NCBI GenBank assembly: GCA_035300145.1
Contig: DATGVQ010000180.1
Location: 1,232 to 65,231 of the forward strand
Length of the DNA stretch: 64,000 nucleotides
DNA from: Acidiferrobacterales bacterium
GTDB lineage: Bacteria; Pseudomonadota; Gammaproteobacteria; Acidiferrobacterales; DATGVQ01
Reading direction: 5' to 3'
Shown: positions 1 to 10,477 of the stretch, piece by piece
How positions within the stretch are numbered: the first letter of the stretch is position 1
How the letters are laid out: each line of letters starts with the position of its first letter
The notes under the pieces: generated by a model
Told to the model about the DNA's origin: nothing
Database searches by the model: none
The model's input: the letters and a program-made list of their open reading frames with translations, nothing else
Translations under genes and position numbers: made by a program

Positions 1-309
1 CATGAACCCGCATATCCGCTCCGCCATCTCAATTTCACGGCGCGTCGGTGCGCCAAAGCCAAGGCCGTATTTAGCAGCATTGTTGACCGCGTCAACAACC
101 GCCGGGTGCGCGTGGCCTAATATCATCGGTCCCCACGAACCGACGTAATCGATATAGCGTTTGCCGTCTTCATCCCACAGATACGCGCTGCTACCGCGGG
201 CGAAAAACAGCGGTTCGCCGCCTACGCCGTTAAATGCGCGCACCGGCGAATTTACGCCGCCCGGGATGCAGCGTTGCGCTTGCTTAAAAAGTTGCGAAGA
301 TTGCGTCAC
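1..309 (-). CDS. hemL: glutamate-1-semialdehyde 2,1-aminomutase, 5' part only (gene runs off the left edge)
   Basis: Not in the ORF track (no stop inside the window). Reverse translation from GTG (309-307) gives [72 protein letters not shown]. This is the canonical HemL N-terminus ([22 protein letters not shown]). Confidence 0.85.
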   Translation of the reverse strand, partial: MTQSSQLFKQAQRCIPGGVNSPVRAFNGVGGEPLFFARGSSAYLWDEDGKRYIDYVGSWGPMILGHAHPAVVDAVNNAAKYGLGFGAPTRREIEMAERICGFM

Positions 310-376
310 TTATCGTCTTGCTCCAAATTATTTGGGGGCGCCCCAATAGATATGGCTTGATGGAACACAGTTGCTG

Positions 377-985
377 CTAGAACAGTTTTGCAAATGCTTG
401 TGCGGCCCTCATGGGGTCAGCCTGCCCAAACACCGCATCAATCACCGCGAGCATATCAGCGCCCGCGGCGATTAAAATGGCTCCGTTTTCCGGCGTGATG
501 CCGCCGATGGCTGCGATAGGGATGTGCAATTTCTTTTTCGCTAAACGCAGCAAATCCACATGCGCGCGCAGCGCGTACGGTTTGGTCGCCGAAGGATAAA
601 AACTGCCAAAGGCGACATAATTGGCGCCCACCGCCTCCGCCGCCAGTGCGCGGTTAAGTTCGTTATAACATGATACACCGATGATGGCAGGTGTTCCGAG
701 CAGAGCCCGGGCTTCGGCAATGTCAGCATCATCGCGGCCAAGATGGACCCCGGCCGCACCGGTTTCATGCGCCAATTGGACATCGTCATTAATAATGACC
801 GGCACATCGTAGCGGGAACAAAGCTGGACAAGCGCGCCTGCTTGCTGCCGACGGGCGTTGTCGTTGTCGTTTTTGTTGCGATACTGAAGAAAGCGGGCGC
901 CGCCCAAAAAGGCGGCCTCCACGCGTTGCAAAAAATTTGCCGCGCGTAAACCAGCTTGATCAGTAATTAAGTATAAACCTTGCAT
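377..985 (-). CDS. thiE: thiamine-phosphate synthase
   Basis: 202-aa ORF with a ThiE-like layout: MQGLYLITD start, LQYRNK, GVHLG, IGVSCY, GADYVAFG, IAAIGGI. Lies directly downstream of thiD. Confidence 0.85.
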   Translation of the reverse strand: MQGLYLITDQAGLRAANFLQRVEAAFLGGARFLQYRNKNDNDNARRQQAGALVQLCSRYDVPVIINDDVQLAHETGAAGVHLGRDDADIAEARALLGTPAIIGVSCYNELNRALAAEAVGANYVAFGSFYPSATKPYALRAHVDLLRLAKKKLHIPIAAIGGITPENGAILIAAGADMLAVIDAVFGQADPMRAAQAFAKLF

Positions 986-1014
986 ACTTTGCGGTACTGT
1001 CGGCAGGGGCGATC

Positions 1015-1830
1015 CTATTTTTTATCCTCGCGAGGTTCATCAGTCGCGCGCGCCCAATACAGGCGGTCGGGAAGAAGCTGACCCATGCCTAAGCGGAAAC
1101 CATTTTTCAGCGCATGCCAAGTATAATCTTGCGCCTCGGCCACTGCGTTCACCGGGTCAAAACCGTGAGCAAGGGTGGCGGCGCAAGCTGAAGCCAAGGT
1201 GCAGCCGGACCCATGATAGGCTTCCGGCAATCGCTCCCAAGTAAAGCTTTCCAGCAAACGCCTATTTCCATATAAACGATTGATTACTTCCGGCGTCGCT
1301 TCGTGCGTGCCGGTGATAAGCACATATTTACAGCCGTGCGACAAAAGCTGTTGCGCGCAAGCATCTAGCGTATCGGCATCCGGTGCCAACTGGCGCGCTT
1401 CCGCGCTATTAGGCGTAATCAAGGTAGCATGCGGGAACAACAAGATGCGGAACGCCTCTTCTAACGGCTGTTCCGCTAAATCATCGCCCCGGCCGGATGT
1501 TAAAACCGGATCAACAATTAAAGGGATATCGGCGTATTCCCGGACGATGCTGGCGATAGCGCTTAAATTCGCCAGGTTGCCAAGCATGCCGGTTTTAAAT
1601 GCCGCCACCGGCATGTCTTCCAAAACCGCGCGCGCCTGGGCGACAACCAGTTCGGCCTCGACCGGAACAAATTGCTTCACGCCGATCGTGTCTTGCACGG
1701 TCACTGCGGTTAAGACCGGCGCGGGGTGGCATCCCATGCTGACCAGCGCTTGAATATCGGCCTGTATACCGGCCCCTCCAGTCGGATCATTACCGGCAAA
1801 CACAAGCACAACAGGTGGGTTCGAATTCAT
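1015..1830 (-). CDS. thiD: hydroxymethylpyrimidine / phosphomethylpyrimidine kinase
   Basis: 271-aa ORF. ThiD/PfkB-type motifs: VLVFAGNDPTGGAGIQADI near the N-terminus and HGSGCTLASACAA near the C-terminus. Confidence 0.9.
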   Translation of the reverse strand: MNSNPPVVLVFAGNDPTGGAGIQADIQALVSMGCHPAPVLTAVTVQDTIGVKQFVPVEAELVVAQARAVLEDMPVAAFKTGMLGNLANLSAIASIVREYADIPLIVDPVLTSGRGDDLAEQPLEEAFRILLFPHATLITPNSAEARQLAPDADTLDACAQQLLSHGCKYVLITGTHEATPEVINRLYGNRRLLESFTWERLPEAYHGSGCTLASACAATLAHGFDPVNAVAEAQDYTWHALKNGFRLGMGQLLPDRLYWARATDEPREDKK

Positions 1831-2801
1831 GATTGAGCCAATGCATTCAGGGTTAACTTTTTAAGGGTGCGGATTAATAGCGGGTGGTCGTTTAAAGCCG
1901 GGGTCACGCGATACTCACTAATACCGGCTTGCTGCGCGAGCTTCGCGTAAACTATTCCGAGTTCATACAAGGTTTCAACATGATCGGACACAAAAGCGAC
2001 TGGATAGACCAATATTTGTTTAGCGCCGGCCGCGGCTTGCTCCAGAATGACCCGATCAGTATAAGGTTGCAGCCACTTAAGCGGGCCAACCCGGCTTTGG
2101 TAACAAAGCATGGTGTGAGGCCAATTTAATTTTTCCTTAAGTGACTCGTAAGTGGCGGTGATATGCCGTTCATAAGGATCCCCATTATTGATGATTTTTT
2201 GCGGTAACCCGTGCGCGGAAAAAAGCAGGCTGATATCGCCCGGGGCGGGGCGGGAAAATTTTTTTGCTTCATGCTGAATGCTTTCAACGATTGCCTGTTG
2301 ATAATCGCTTTGCTCGTACCAATGTTCAATAAGCGCGATATGCGGATGATAATGCTGGCGCTCGCATTGACGCAAAAATTCATTGTAGGAGCTGCCGGTC
2401 GTAGTTGTCGAATACTGTGGATACAGGGGCAATAAAACCACTTTCGCATATTGCGCCTGCTTCAGCTTAGCGACCACTTGAGCGGTCAACGGGTGCCAGT
2501 AGCGCATGCAGATATGGACATCATAATGACCCTCTCTGGACAAGGCTTGTTGCAGCGCCGCCGATTGTTTTTCCGTATTTTCCAACAGCGGCGAGCGGCC
2601 GCCGATTGCCGCGTAGCCGGCTCGCGCCTCGCGCAGCCGGCGCTTACTGAAAATAAAGGCAAAAACCTTTTGCGTAATAAACCCGAGCGGAAGTTTGAAA
2701 ATATCGGGGTCGGAAAATAAATTAAACAAGAAATCTTCTACCGACTGCAAAGAAAGCGGGCCGCCTAAATTAAAAAGCACAACAGCAGTTCGGTTTTGCA
2801 T
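1827..2801 (-). CDS. hemH: ferrochelatase
   Basis: 324-aa ORF with LPLYPQYSTTTTGS, FSAHGLP and DHVETLYEL motifs. Its stop overlaps the thiD start by 4 nt (operon). Confidence 0.92.
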   Translation of the reverse strand: MQNRTAVVLFNLGGPLSLQSVEDFLFNLFSDPDIFKLPLGFITQKVFAFIFSKRRLREARAGYAAIGGRSPLLENTEKQSAALQQALSREGHYDVHICMRYWHPLTAQVVAKLKQAQYAKVVLLPLYPQYSTTTTGSSYNEFLRQCERQHYHPHIALIEHWYEQSDYQQAIVESIQHEAKKFSRPAPGDISLLFSAHGLPQKIINNGDPYERHITATYESLKEKLNWPHTMLCYQSRVGPLKWLQPYTDRVILEQAAAGAKQILVYPVAFVSDHVETLYELGIVYAKLAQQAGISEYRVTPALNDHPLLIRTLKKLTLNALAQS

Positions 2802-2827
2802 GCAACCCCGGGTGGTGGCGTCTTAGC

Positions 2828-3009
2828 AGGGTGCTGAAAAACTCGTTTTTCAGCACCCTGCGGTGGCCGCTCTCGCGCATCCCTGCGCTACGCGGCACTA
2901 GGGCTTCCTGCCCGTCGCGGTATAGGGACGTACCGCCATTTTTCAAACACGCTAAGTGTTTGAACAATGAAGCAAAGCAAAAACCACGCTTTTTGCTTTG
3001 CTTCATTGT
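2828..3009. repeat. modular palindromic intergenic repeat, copy A (inverted relative to copies B, C and F)
   Basis: Holds the hairpin agggtgctgaaaaactcgtttttcagcaccct (2828-2859). Next comes cggtggccgctctcgcgcatccctgcgc, then the reverse complement of the ...acgtccctataccgcgacgggcaggaagccc... module of copies B/C. It also has a ttcaaacac/gtgtttgaa hairpin (2937-2969) and an aatgaagcaaagcaaaaa/tttttgctttgcttcatt hairpin (2966-3007). Lies in the divergent hemH / rubredoxin spacer. Confidence 0.85.
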
Positions 3010-3085
3010 ACCCTTCCATAACCGACATTTCACCAATGCATCAAAAATGAGAAAATAACCACGACCATGATCCCTAAGGGGCGAT

Positions 3086-3250
3086 ATGAAAGTTTATATG
3101 TGTGTAATTTGCGGGTTTCTGTATGAAGAAGAAAAGGGATTGCCCGAACAAGGCATCCCGCCAGGCACCCGTTGGGAAGATATCCCGGAAACATGGAAAT
3201 GTCCGGATTGCGGCGCCGGCAAGGACGAGTTCGAAATGATTGAAATTTAA
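3086..3250 (+). CDS. rubredoxin
   Basis: 54 codons, too short for the ORF track. Translation: [54 protein letters not shown]. Two CxxCG pairs at rubredoxin spacing, plus the WxDIPxxWxCPxCG signature. Confidence 0.9.
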   Translation: MKVYMCVICGFLYEEEKGLPEQGIPPGTRWEDIPETWKCPDCGAGKDEFEMIEI

Positions 3251-3256
3251 TCCCTC

Positions 3257-3991
3257 ATGAGACCCTCCGCCTACGCCGCCTCCTGGCAGGATGAACTGGC
3301 GTTTGCCGGGCAAACATTAAAATACGCCATCTCGCTTAGCTCACGGCGGCGCACCCTGTGCCTGCAGGTACACATGAATGGTGTTATTCGAGTCTGTGCG
3401 CCGGCGGGTACCTCTCTTCGCGCCATTCGTGACTTTATCCACCAACACCTGGATTGGGTGATAAAAAAACGGAATAGATTCTGTTCCGGGCGGCAACCGC
3501 TGGTTCGTTCACTCGAGGAGGGCGCCAGATTGCCTTTTCTAGACCGGAGATTAATTTTACGGACCCATTTCGTTTCCATAATAAGGCCGCGTCTTTCAAG
3601 GCAGGGTGACACGCTTTTTCTGCGCGCGGCCGGCCCTGCCCGGACTCGCTCGCTGCTGGAAAATTGGTATAAAGAACAAGCGAGGATCCATGTAGAACAG
3701 CGCATTAAACATTTTACACCGTTAATCAAGTGTCCTGCGCCGAGACGCATTCGCATCGCAGACCAAAAAACTCGCTGGGGAAGCTGTTCCGCGCGCGGCG
3801 TCATCAGTATCAATTGGCGGTTAATGCTGGCGCCGGCGATCATTGTCGACTATGTCGTGGTGCACGAGCTGTGTCATTTATTGCACCCCAACCATAGCGA
3901 TAAATTCTGGGCGGAGGTCAACCATATTCTGCCGGACTATCTCGGCGTACGTAAACGCCTGCATGAAATTGGCGGCGGCTTGGTATTATAG
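3257..3991 (+). CDS. YgjP-like (DUF45 / M48-type) zinc metallohydrolase
   Basis: 244-aa ORF. The C-terminal RWGSCS...INWRL...P..IVDYVVVHELCHLLHPNHSDKFW matches the DUF45/YgjP HExxH pattern. Confidence 0.75.
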   Translation: MRPSAYAASWQDELAFAGQTLKYAISLSSRRRTLCLQVHMNGVIRVCAPAGTSLRAIRDFIHQHLDWVIKKRNRFCSGRQPLVRSLEEGARLPFLDRRLILRTHFVSIIRPRLSRQGDTLFLRAAGPARTRSLLENWYKEQARIHVEQRIKHFTPLIKCPAPRRIRIADQKTRWGSCSARGVISINWRLMLAPAIIVDYVVVHELCHLLHPNHSDKFWAEVNHILPDYLGVRKRLHEIGGGLVL

Positions 3992-4012
3992 TGGCCGGGA
4001 ACGGGGACCAAT

Positions 4013-4042
4013 AAAAAGCCCCGCAGTGCGGGGCTTTTTATT
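4013..4042. terminator. bidirectional rho-independent terminator between the convergent ygjP-like gene and groEL
   Basis: aaaaagccccgc-agt-gcggggcttttta: an 8-bp GC stem (4017-4024 / 4028-4035) flanked by an A-run and a T-run. Lies between stops at 3991 (+) and 4065 (-). Confidence 0.7.
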
Positions 4043-4064
4043 CTGCTAACGGAGGTTGGCGGGC

Positions 4065-5717
<1,653 letters not shown>

Positions 5718-5732
5718 TTAACCCTCTTAAAA

Positions 5733-6026
5733 TTATTTGCCTTCGATAACGCCCACGATGTCTTCTTCGCGCATCACGAGCAGTTCTTCGTTACTTACTT
5801 TGACTTCGGTACCGGAGTATTTTCCGAACAACACCTTGTCACCGACCTTTACGTCCAACGCCCGGACTTCGCCATTTTCCAGAATTTTACCTTTACCCAC
5901 AGCGACAATTTCGCCTTGAATGGGCTTTTCCTTGGCCGTGTCGGGAATAACGATGCCGCCCGCGGTTTTGCGTTCCTCTTCCAGGCGGCGCACAATCACG
6001 CGGTCGTGTAAGGGACGGATGTTCAT
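5733..6026 (-). CDS. groES: co-chaperonin GroES
   Basis: The ORF track extends to 6089. The conserved GroES N-terminus [14 protein letters not shown] starts at the ATG at 6026 (97 aa). The gene lies 18 nt upstream of groEL. Confidence 0.95.
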   Translation of the reverse strand: MNIRPLHDRVIVRRLEEERKTAGGIVIPDTAKEKPIQGEIVAVGKGKILENGEVRALDVKVGDKVLFGKYSGTEVKVSNEELLVMREEDIVGVIEGK

Positions 6027-6117
6027 TGGATTTTCTCCTTGCGTATGAAGAGGCTGAACTTTCATTGTGGTTTTCTCCTTTGTTCTCAATATTAACTAAA
6101 ATAAGCTGAGCGCCATA

Positions 6118-6144
6118 TTAGCACTCACTTAAAGGGAGTGCTAG
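6118..6144. promoter_or_regulatory. CIRCE operator (HrcA binding site) upstream of groES-groEL
   Basis: TTAGCACTC-acttaaagg-GAGTGCTAG against the consensus TTAGCACTC-N9-GAGTGCTAA (17/18). Located 92 nt upstream of the groES start. Confidence 0.8.
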
Positions 6145-6170
6145 CATAATATCTGCTCAGTACTTGTCAA
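6143..6170 (-). promoter_or_regulatory. putative sigma70-type promoter of groES-groEL abutting CIRCE
   Basis: The minus strand reads TTGACA (6170-6165), a 16-nt spacer, then TATGCT (6148-6143). It runs directly into the CIRCE left arm, the classic arrangement for HrcA-controlled promoters. Confidence 0.5.
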
Positions 6171-6550
6171 GCCGGGGGGCCGGAACCCGCTCAGAAGAAA
6201 CAGCCAAAGCCCCGGGCGCTAGAAGGTTGTTGAAAAAGTCCATCCATGGCCTTTTTCAACACGCAAAGCAAAAAGCGGCCGCTCCTGCGCATCCCTGCGC
6301 TCGCGGCATTCGTGCATCCTGCACAGCATGGCCCTGTAATATAAGGGGGCTTTGCTTCATTCCTCAATCACCTAAGTGATTGAGGAATGGCGGTACGTCC
6401 CTATACCGCGACGGGCAGGAAGCCCTAGTGCCGTGCCCTACAGGGAAGTAGTAATGCCGCGGGAGGCGGGGACGCCGGGAGCGACCGTAGCGCAGGGAAG
6501 CGCGAGAGCGGCCACCGCAGGGTGATGAAAAACGAGTTTTTCATCACCCT
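6171..6550. repeat. modular palindromic intergenic repeat, copy B
   Basis: Shares long blocks with copy C. These are gttgttgaaaaagtccatccatggcctttttcaacac; cacgcaaagcaaaaagcggccgctcctgcgcatccctgcgctcgcg; and ggcggtacgtccctataccgcgacgggcaggaagccctagtgccgtgccctacagggaagtagtaatgccgcgggaggcggggacgccgggagcg...cgcagggtgatgaaaaacgagtttttcatcaccct. Confidence 0.85.
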
Positions 6551-6696
6551 CCTAAGGTTACTGAGTTAGGGGGCAGATCTTTTCCGCTTTAGCGGGCAAA
6601 AACAGGTTTCTTACGGTAAACTTTGACGCCTTGAATATTAACGAAAGCGGACCCGGCCACATCCGCTCGAAAATAGGATTTGCAGCTAACAATCTG

Positions 6697-7020
6697 ATGT
6701 CAGAAAACCTATTTCAAATTGTTTTAACGACCTGTCCAGATACGCAAAGCGCGGAAAAAATCGCCCACGCGTTAGTTAACGAGAGGCTTGCCGCCTGTGT
6801 CAATATTTTACCCGCGATGCGGTCTAGCTATATTTGGAAGGGAAAAATCGAAACCACTGATGAGCATTTGCTGCTAATCAAGGCACCCGTGGAGCGCTAC
6901 CAGGCGATCGAGGAACGGGTGCGGACACTGCATCCGTACGAACTTCCCGAGATTATTGCAGTCCCAATCCGCACCGGCGCAAACGATTATCTGTCTTGGC
7001 TTAAAAATCCCGATAAATAA
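6697..7020 (+). CDS. cutA: divalent-cation tolerance protein CutA
   Basis: CutA1 pattern: VLTTCPD..A..IA..LV...LAACVNI, YIWKGK, LLIK, HPYELPEIIAVPI. Start set at the ATG at 6697, because the 6631 TTG adds 22 non-conserved residues. Immediately precedes dsbD, as in many proteobacteria. Confidence 0.85.
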   Translation: MSENLFQIVLTTCPDTQSAEKIAHALVNERLAACVNILPAMRSSYIWKGKIETTDEHLLLIKAPVERYQAIEERVRTLHPYELPEIIAVPIRTGANDYLSWLKNPDK

Positions 7021-8846
7021 TGAAAAATCCTTTTATTTTCCTGCTCTTAGCGGCCGTACCCTTCGCTCACGCCTGGCAACCGGACGTGCCCGCGACCGAA
7101 AAGATTGCCAAATTGGACGATGTTAGAGGAACTAATGGGGACCAGGAGTTTCTCGACCCGGAGCAAGCGTTTGTATTAAACGTAATGGTGCGCGATGCCC
7201 GCACTCTGTTGGCGCAAATCAACATTGCCCCCGGTTATTATCTCTATCGTGAAAAGACCGGGTTTCAGATTACCCCCGTAACCGGTGTCCGGCTGGCTGA
7301 TTATCAGCTACCCAGCGGCCTCGTCAAGATTGACCAATTTGTCGGCAAAACCGAGGTCTACCATGATCAGCTGACCACCCAACTGACCCTGGAACGTTCT
7401 ACGCCTGGCGCAACCGACCTCACGCTCCTGATAAATTATCAAGGCTGTGCGGAAAAAGGCATTTGTTATCCGCCCATAAGCAAAAAAGTAAGTTTGCGAT
7501 TACCGCCGTTGGCGGCGAGCGGGGTGGCGGAAACTCAACCTCTTGCCGCCGTTTTCAACGCCGCAAACACCGGGGCGGGGGGCGCTTCAATCAAAACCTT
7601 CCTGGTCGCGATGCTGGCTGCCTTTGGTAGCGGTCTGCTGCTCACCTTTACTCCCTGCGTTCTACCCATGGTTCCGATTCTATCCAGCATCATTGTCGGC
7701 CAAGGCAACAAAAGTCTTACCAAGTTACAGGCTGGATTGTTGTCGCTTTCCTACGTGGTAGGCACCACCGTAATTTATACCTTCGCCGGCGTGATCGCGG
7801 GCACCACCGGCGATCAACTGCAAGCCTATTTTCAAAATGTCTGGGCCATCGGCATTCTGAGCCTGGTTTTTGTCCTGCTCGCCCTCTCCATGTTCGGGCT
7901 TTATTCGCTGCAAATGCCCGGGATTATTCAATCCTACCTGCAAAAGCATATCCAAACCATTAAAGGCGGCTCCTTCTTCGGCGCGTTTATACTGGGGCTG
8001 TTGTCTGCGCTGGTTGTTGGTGCTTGCGTTTCGCCTTTGCTTATCTCGGCGTTAAGTATCGCTATCTCCGGCAAAGATCCGGTATTAGGCGGGGCAATCA
8101 TGTTCGCCATGGCCTTAGGCATGGGGGTTGTGCTTATCGCTATGGGCGTTGGCGCCGGCTTTTTATTGCCCAAAGCCGGGCCATGGATGGATACCGTAAA
8201 AAATATCTTTGGTGTGCTGCTATTGGCCGTTGCTATTTACCTGTTGAGCGCCTTGCCCAAAGTCCCGGTATTGCTATTGTGGTCGGCTTTACTGATTGCT
8301 ACGGCGGTTTATTTGGGCATACGGGTCGCACCTAAAGGAACCAGACCGTGGAATTATTTTTGTAAAGGAGCGGGGGTACTTTTACTTATTTGGGGAATAT
8401 TCGCTTTCATGGGAGGATTGGCCGGAAATCGCGATATCTTCCGTCCCATGCCCGGCAACATGAGTCTAAACACCGCCGGCTTGCCGGTGGCGCCATTTCA
8501 ACGTATCACCACCCTGCGTGATCTGGAGGCTTATTTAAACCAGGCTAAGGTCACAGGAAAGCCGGCGATCGTCGATTTTTACGCGGATTGGTGTATCGAT
8601 TGCGTGCGTTTAGAGCGGGCTACCTTTTCCGATCCACGCGTGCGCCAAAAAATGCGCGGGTTTGCTCTGTTGCAGGCCGATGTCACGGACCATACGCCTG
8701 ACACCAAAGCGATCAAGCAACGTCTTGCCGTGCTTGGTCCGCCTGCTACGCTGTTCTTTTCCGCGGGCGGCGAAGAGCGGAAGGATTTGCGTTTTTATGG
8801 ATTCAAATCCGCCGACGAATTTCTAGCGATTCTCGCTCAAATTTGA
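7020..8846 (+). CDS. dsbD: thiol:disulfide interchange protein DsbD (protein-disulfide reductase)
   Basis: 608 aa. Signal peptide, N-terminal domain with YQGCAEKGICYPP, a multi-TM core (TPCVLPMVPILS), and a C-terminal thioredoxin fold (FYADWCIDC). The ATG overlaps the cutA stop. Confidence 0.9.
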   Translation: MKNPFIFLLLAAVPFAHAWQPDVPATEKIAKLDDVRGTNGDQEFLDPEQAFVLNVMVRDARTLLAQINIAPGYYLYREKTGFQITPVTGVRLADYQLPSGLVKIDQFVGKTEVYHDQLTTQLTLERSTPGATDLTLLINYQGCAEKGICYPPISKKVSLRLPPLAASGVAETQPLAAVFNAANTGAGGASIKTFLVAMLAAFGSGLLLTFTPCVLPMVPILSSIIVGQGNKSLTKLQAGLLSLSYVVGTTVIYTFAGVIAGTTGDQLQAYFQNVWAIGILSLVFVLLALSMFGLYSLQMPGIIQSYLQKHIQTIKGGSFFGAFILGLLSALVVGACVSPLLISALSIAISGKDPVLGGAIMFAMALGMGVVLIAMGVGAGFLLPKAGPWMDTVKNIFGVLLLAVAIYLLSALPKVPVLLLWSALLIATAVYLGIRVAPKGTRPWNYFCKGAGVLLLIWGIFAFMGGLAGNRDIFRPMPGNMSLNTAGLPVAPFQRITTLRDLEAYLNQAKVTGKPAIVDFYADWCIDCVRLERATFSDPRVRQKMRGFALLQADVTDHTPDTKAIKQRLAVLGPPATLFFSAGGEERKDLRFYGFKSADEFLAILAQI

Positions 8847-8871
8847 TCATTGATAGGAGGGGGGATCTATT

Positions 8872-9402
8872 TTGCGCAAAAAATTACCTTTGCTGGGTGC
8901 GGCACTGATCGCCATGCTTGCCGGTTACGGGCTGGGGCAGTTCTTGTGGATGCCTAGCGAAGCAAAGCCACCGCTCGGTCAAATGACGGAGTTTGTGCTG
9001 CCCGACCTGGAAGGCAAACCCCACAACATAAAAGAGTGGGGCGGCAATTTAATATTGTTGAATTTTTGGGCCACCTGGTGCCCGCCCTGCCGGGAAGAAA
9101 TCCCGTTTCTGATAACCATGCAGCAGCGTTATGGCACGCAAGGCCTGAAGGTGATCGGGGTTGCGATCGACCGAGCGGAGGCGGTTGATCAGTATCGTCG
9201 CTCTCAGGGCATTAACTACCCTATTTTACTGGGCGGATATGATGCCGTCAGTCTTCTCACACAATACGGCAACTCCAAGCAGGCATTGCCTTACAGCGTG
9301 ATCATTACTCCTCAGCGGGAGGTGGTGGCACGCAAACTCGGGGTTTACGCGCCCGACGAATTGGAGTCTCTGATTCGATCCTTTTTGCCCAAATCGCAAT
9401 AA
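8872..9402 (+). CDS. TlpA/ResA-family periplasmic thiol:disulfide oxidoreductase
   Basis: 176 aa. N-terminal membrane anchor and an LLNFWATWCPPCREEIP thioredoxin motif. TTG start preceded by aggagggggg. Confidence 0.8.
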   Translation: MRKKLPLLGAALIAMLAGYGLGQFLWMPSEAKPPLGQMTEFVLPDLEGKPHNIKEWGGNLILLNFWATWCPPCREEIPFLITMQQRYGTQGLKVIGVAIDRAEAVDQYRRSQGINYPILLGGYDAVSLLTQYGNSKQALPYSVIITPQREVVARKLGVYAPDELESLIRSFLPKSQ

Positions 9403-9539
9403 TTTCTTCGAATCTGCTAAGAATTGCGCTTAACTTCACCAAACTGGACAAATCCTAAATAACTGGTGCACAATGGGGCGCGACCATAGTACCCTTTCAA
9501 TGGGGTGCATTTTTTTGCTTTTTTTCAAACGACAACCAA

Positions 9540-9980
9540 ATGGCTGAATTACTGGTACTAAACGGGCCCAACTTAAATTTGCTGGGAAGCCGGGAACCCC
9601 ACTATTACGGCACTACCGGCCTGGAGGAGATCAACCATCGGCTCACGCAAATAGCCGAAGCCGCCGGCCACCGCGTTCATTTTTTTCAAAGCAATGCCGA
9701 ACATGCGCTGGTGGAGCGGGTACATCAAGCCATAAAAGAAAAAATCGCCTTTATCCTTTTGAACCCTGCTGCCTTTACCCATAGCAGCATCGCCTTGCGC
9801 GACGCCTTGGCAGCGAGTGGGATTCCCTTTATCGAAATTCACCTCTCCAATATCTATGCACGCGAGGCGTTCCGGCACCATTCATATTTTTCCGACCTGG
9901 CGGTCAGCGTGCTCAGCGGTTTTGGCGCACAGGGCTATGAATTGGCGCTCGCCGCGGCTATCCAACATTTAAAAAAATAG
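9540..9980 (+). CDS. aroQ: type II 3-dehydroquinate dehydratase
   Basis: 146 aa. [49 protein letters not shown]. Confidence 0.93.
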   Translation: MAELLVLNGPNLNLLGSREPHYYGTTGLEEINHRLTQIAEAAGHRVHFFQSNAEHALVERVHQAIKEKIAFILLNPAAFTHSSIALRDALAASGIPFIEIHLSNIYAREAFRHHSYFSDLAVSVLSGFGAQGYELALAAAIQHLKK

Positions 9981-9991
9981 GGCTTCAGGCT

Positions 9992-10444
9992 GTGGACATC
10001 CGCAAAGTAAAAAAACTAATAGAAATGCTAGAGGCATCCAATTTGGGCGAAATCGAGATTCGGGAGGGCGAGGAGTCGATTCGCATCAGTCGCGCGAGTT
10101 CGGTAAGCCCGGCCACAGTATCGGCAACTAATGTAACACCCGGCCCGGCAGCACCCGCCACAGCGGCAGCGCCGGCCGCTGAAACGGAAACACCGAACGC
10201 CAACCCCCCCGGTCATCCCGTTACCTCACCCATGGTTGGAACTTTCTACCGCGCCTCAGCGCCGGACGCCAACCCGTTTGTCGAGGTCGGCAGCGTGGTT
10301 AAGGTCGGGGACACCATATGTATTATCGAAGCCATGAAGATGCTCAATGAGATCGAGAGCGACAAGGCCGGCACCGTAAAAGCGATACTTAAGGAAAATG
10401 GTCAGCCTGTGGAATACGGCGAAGCTCTCTTCATCATTGAATAA
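9992..10444 (+). CDS. accB: acetyl-CoA carboxylase biotin carboxyl carrier protein
   Basis: 150 aa. [14 protein letters not shown] start (GTG codon), Ala/Pro linker, and the biotinylation motif [13 protein letters not shown]. Confidence 0.95.
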   Translation: MDIRKVKKLIEMLEASNLGEIEIREGEESIRISRASSVSPATVSATNVTPGPAAPATAAAPAAETETPNANPPGHPVTSPMVGTFYRASAPDANPFVEVGSVVKVGDTICIIEAMKMLNEIESDKAGTVKAILKENGQPVEYGEALFIIE

Positions 10445-10477
10445 TTAATTTAATAACCCCTTCCTTCCCCCACGCGC

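Noticed and set aside
2770-3058. ORFs 2770-3036 (-) and 2831-3058 (+), and likewise 6164-6379 (+) in copy B.
   Set aside because: Same reason. They are read-throughs of repeat copies A and B, and their sequences are mirror images of each other.
3074-3313. 79-aa ORF on the minus strand.
   Set aside because: It is antisense to the unmistakable rubredoxin gene (3086-3250) and has no recognisable motifs.
5733-6089. 118-aa version of groES starting at 6089.
   Set aside because: The extra 21 residues are not GroES-like. The conserved [10 protein letters not shown] start is at 6026.
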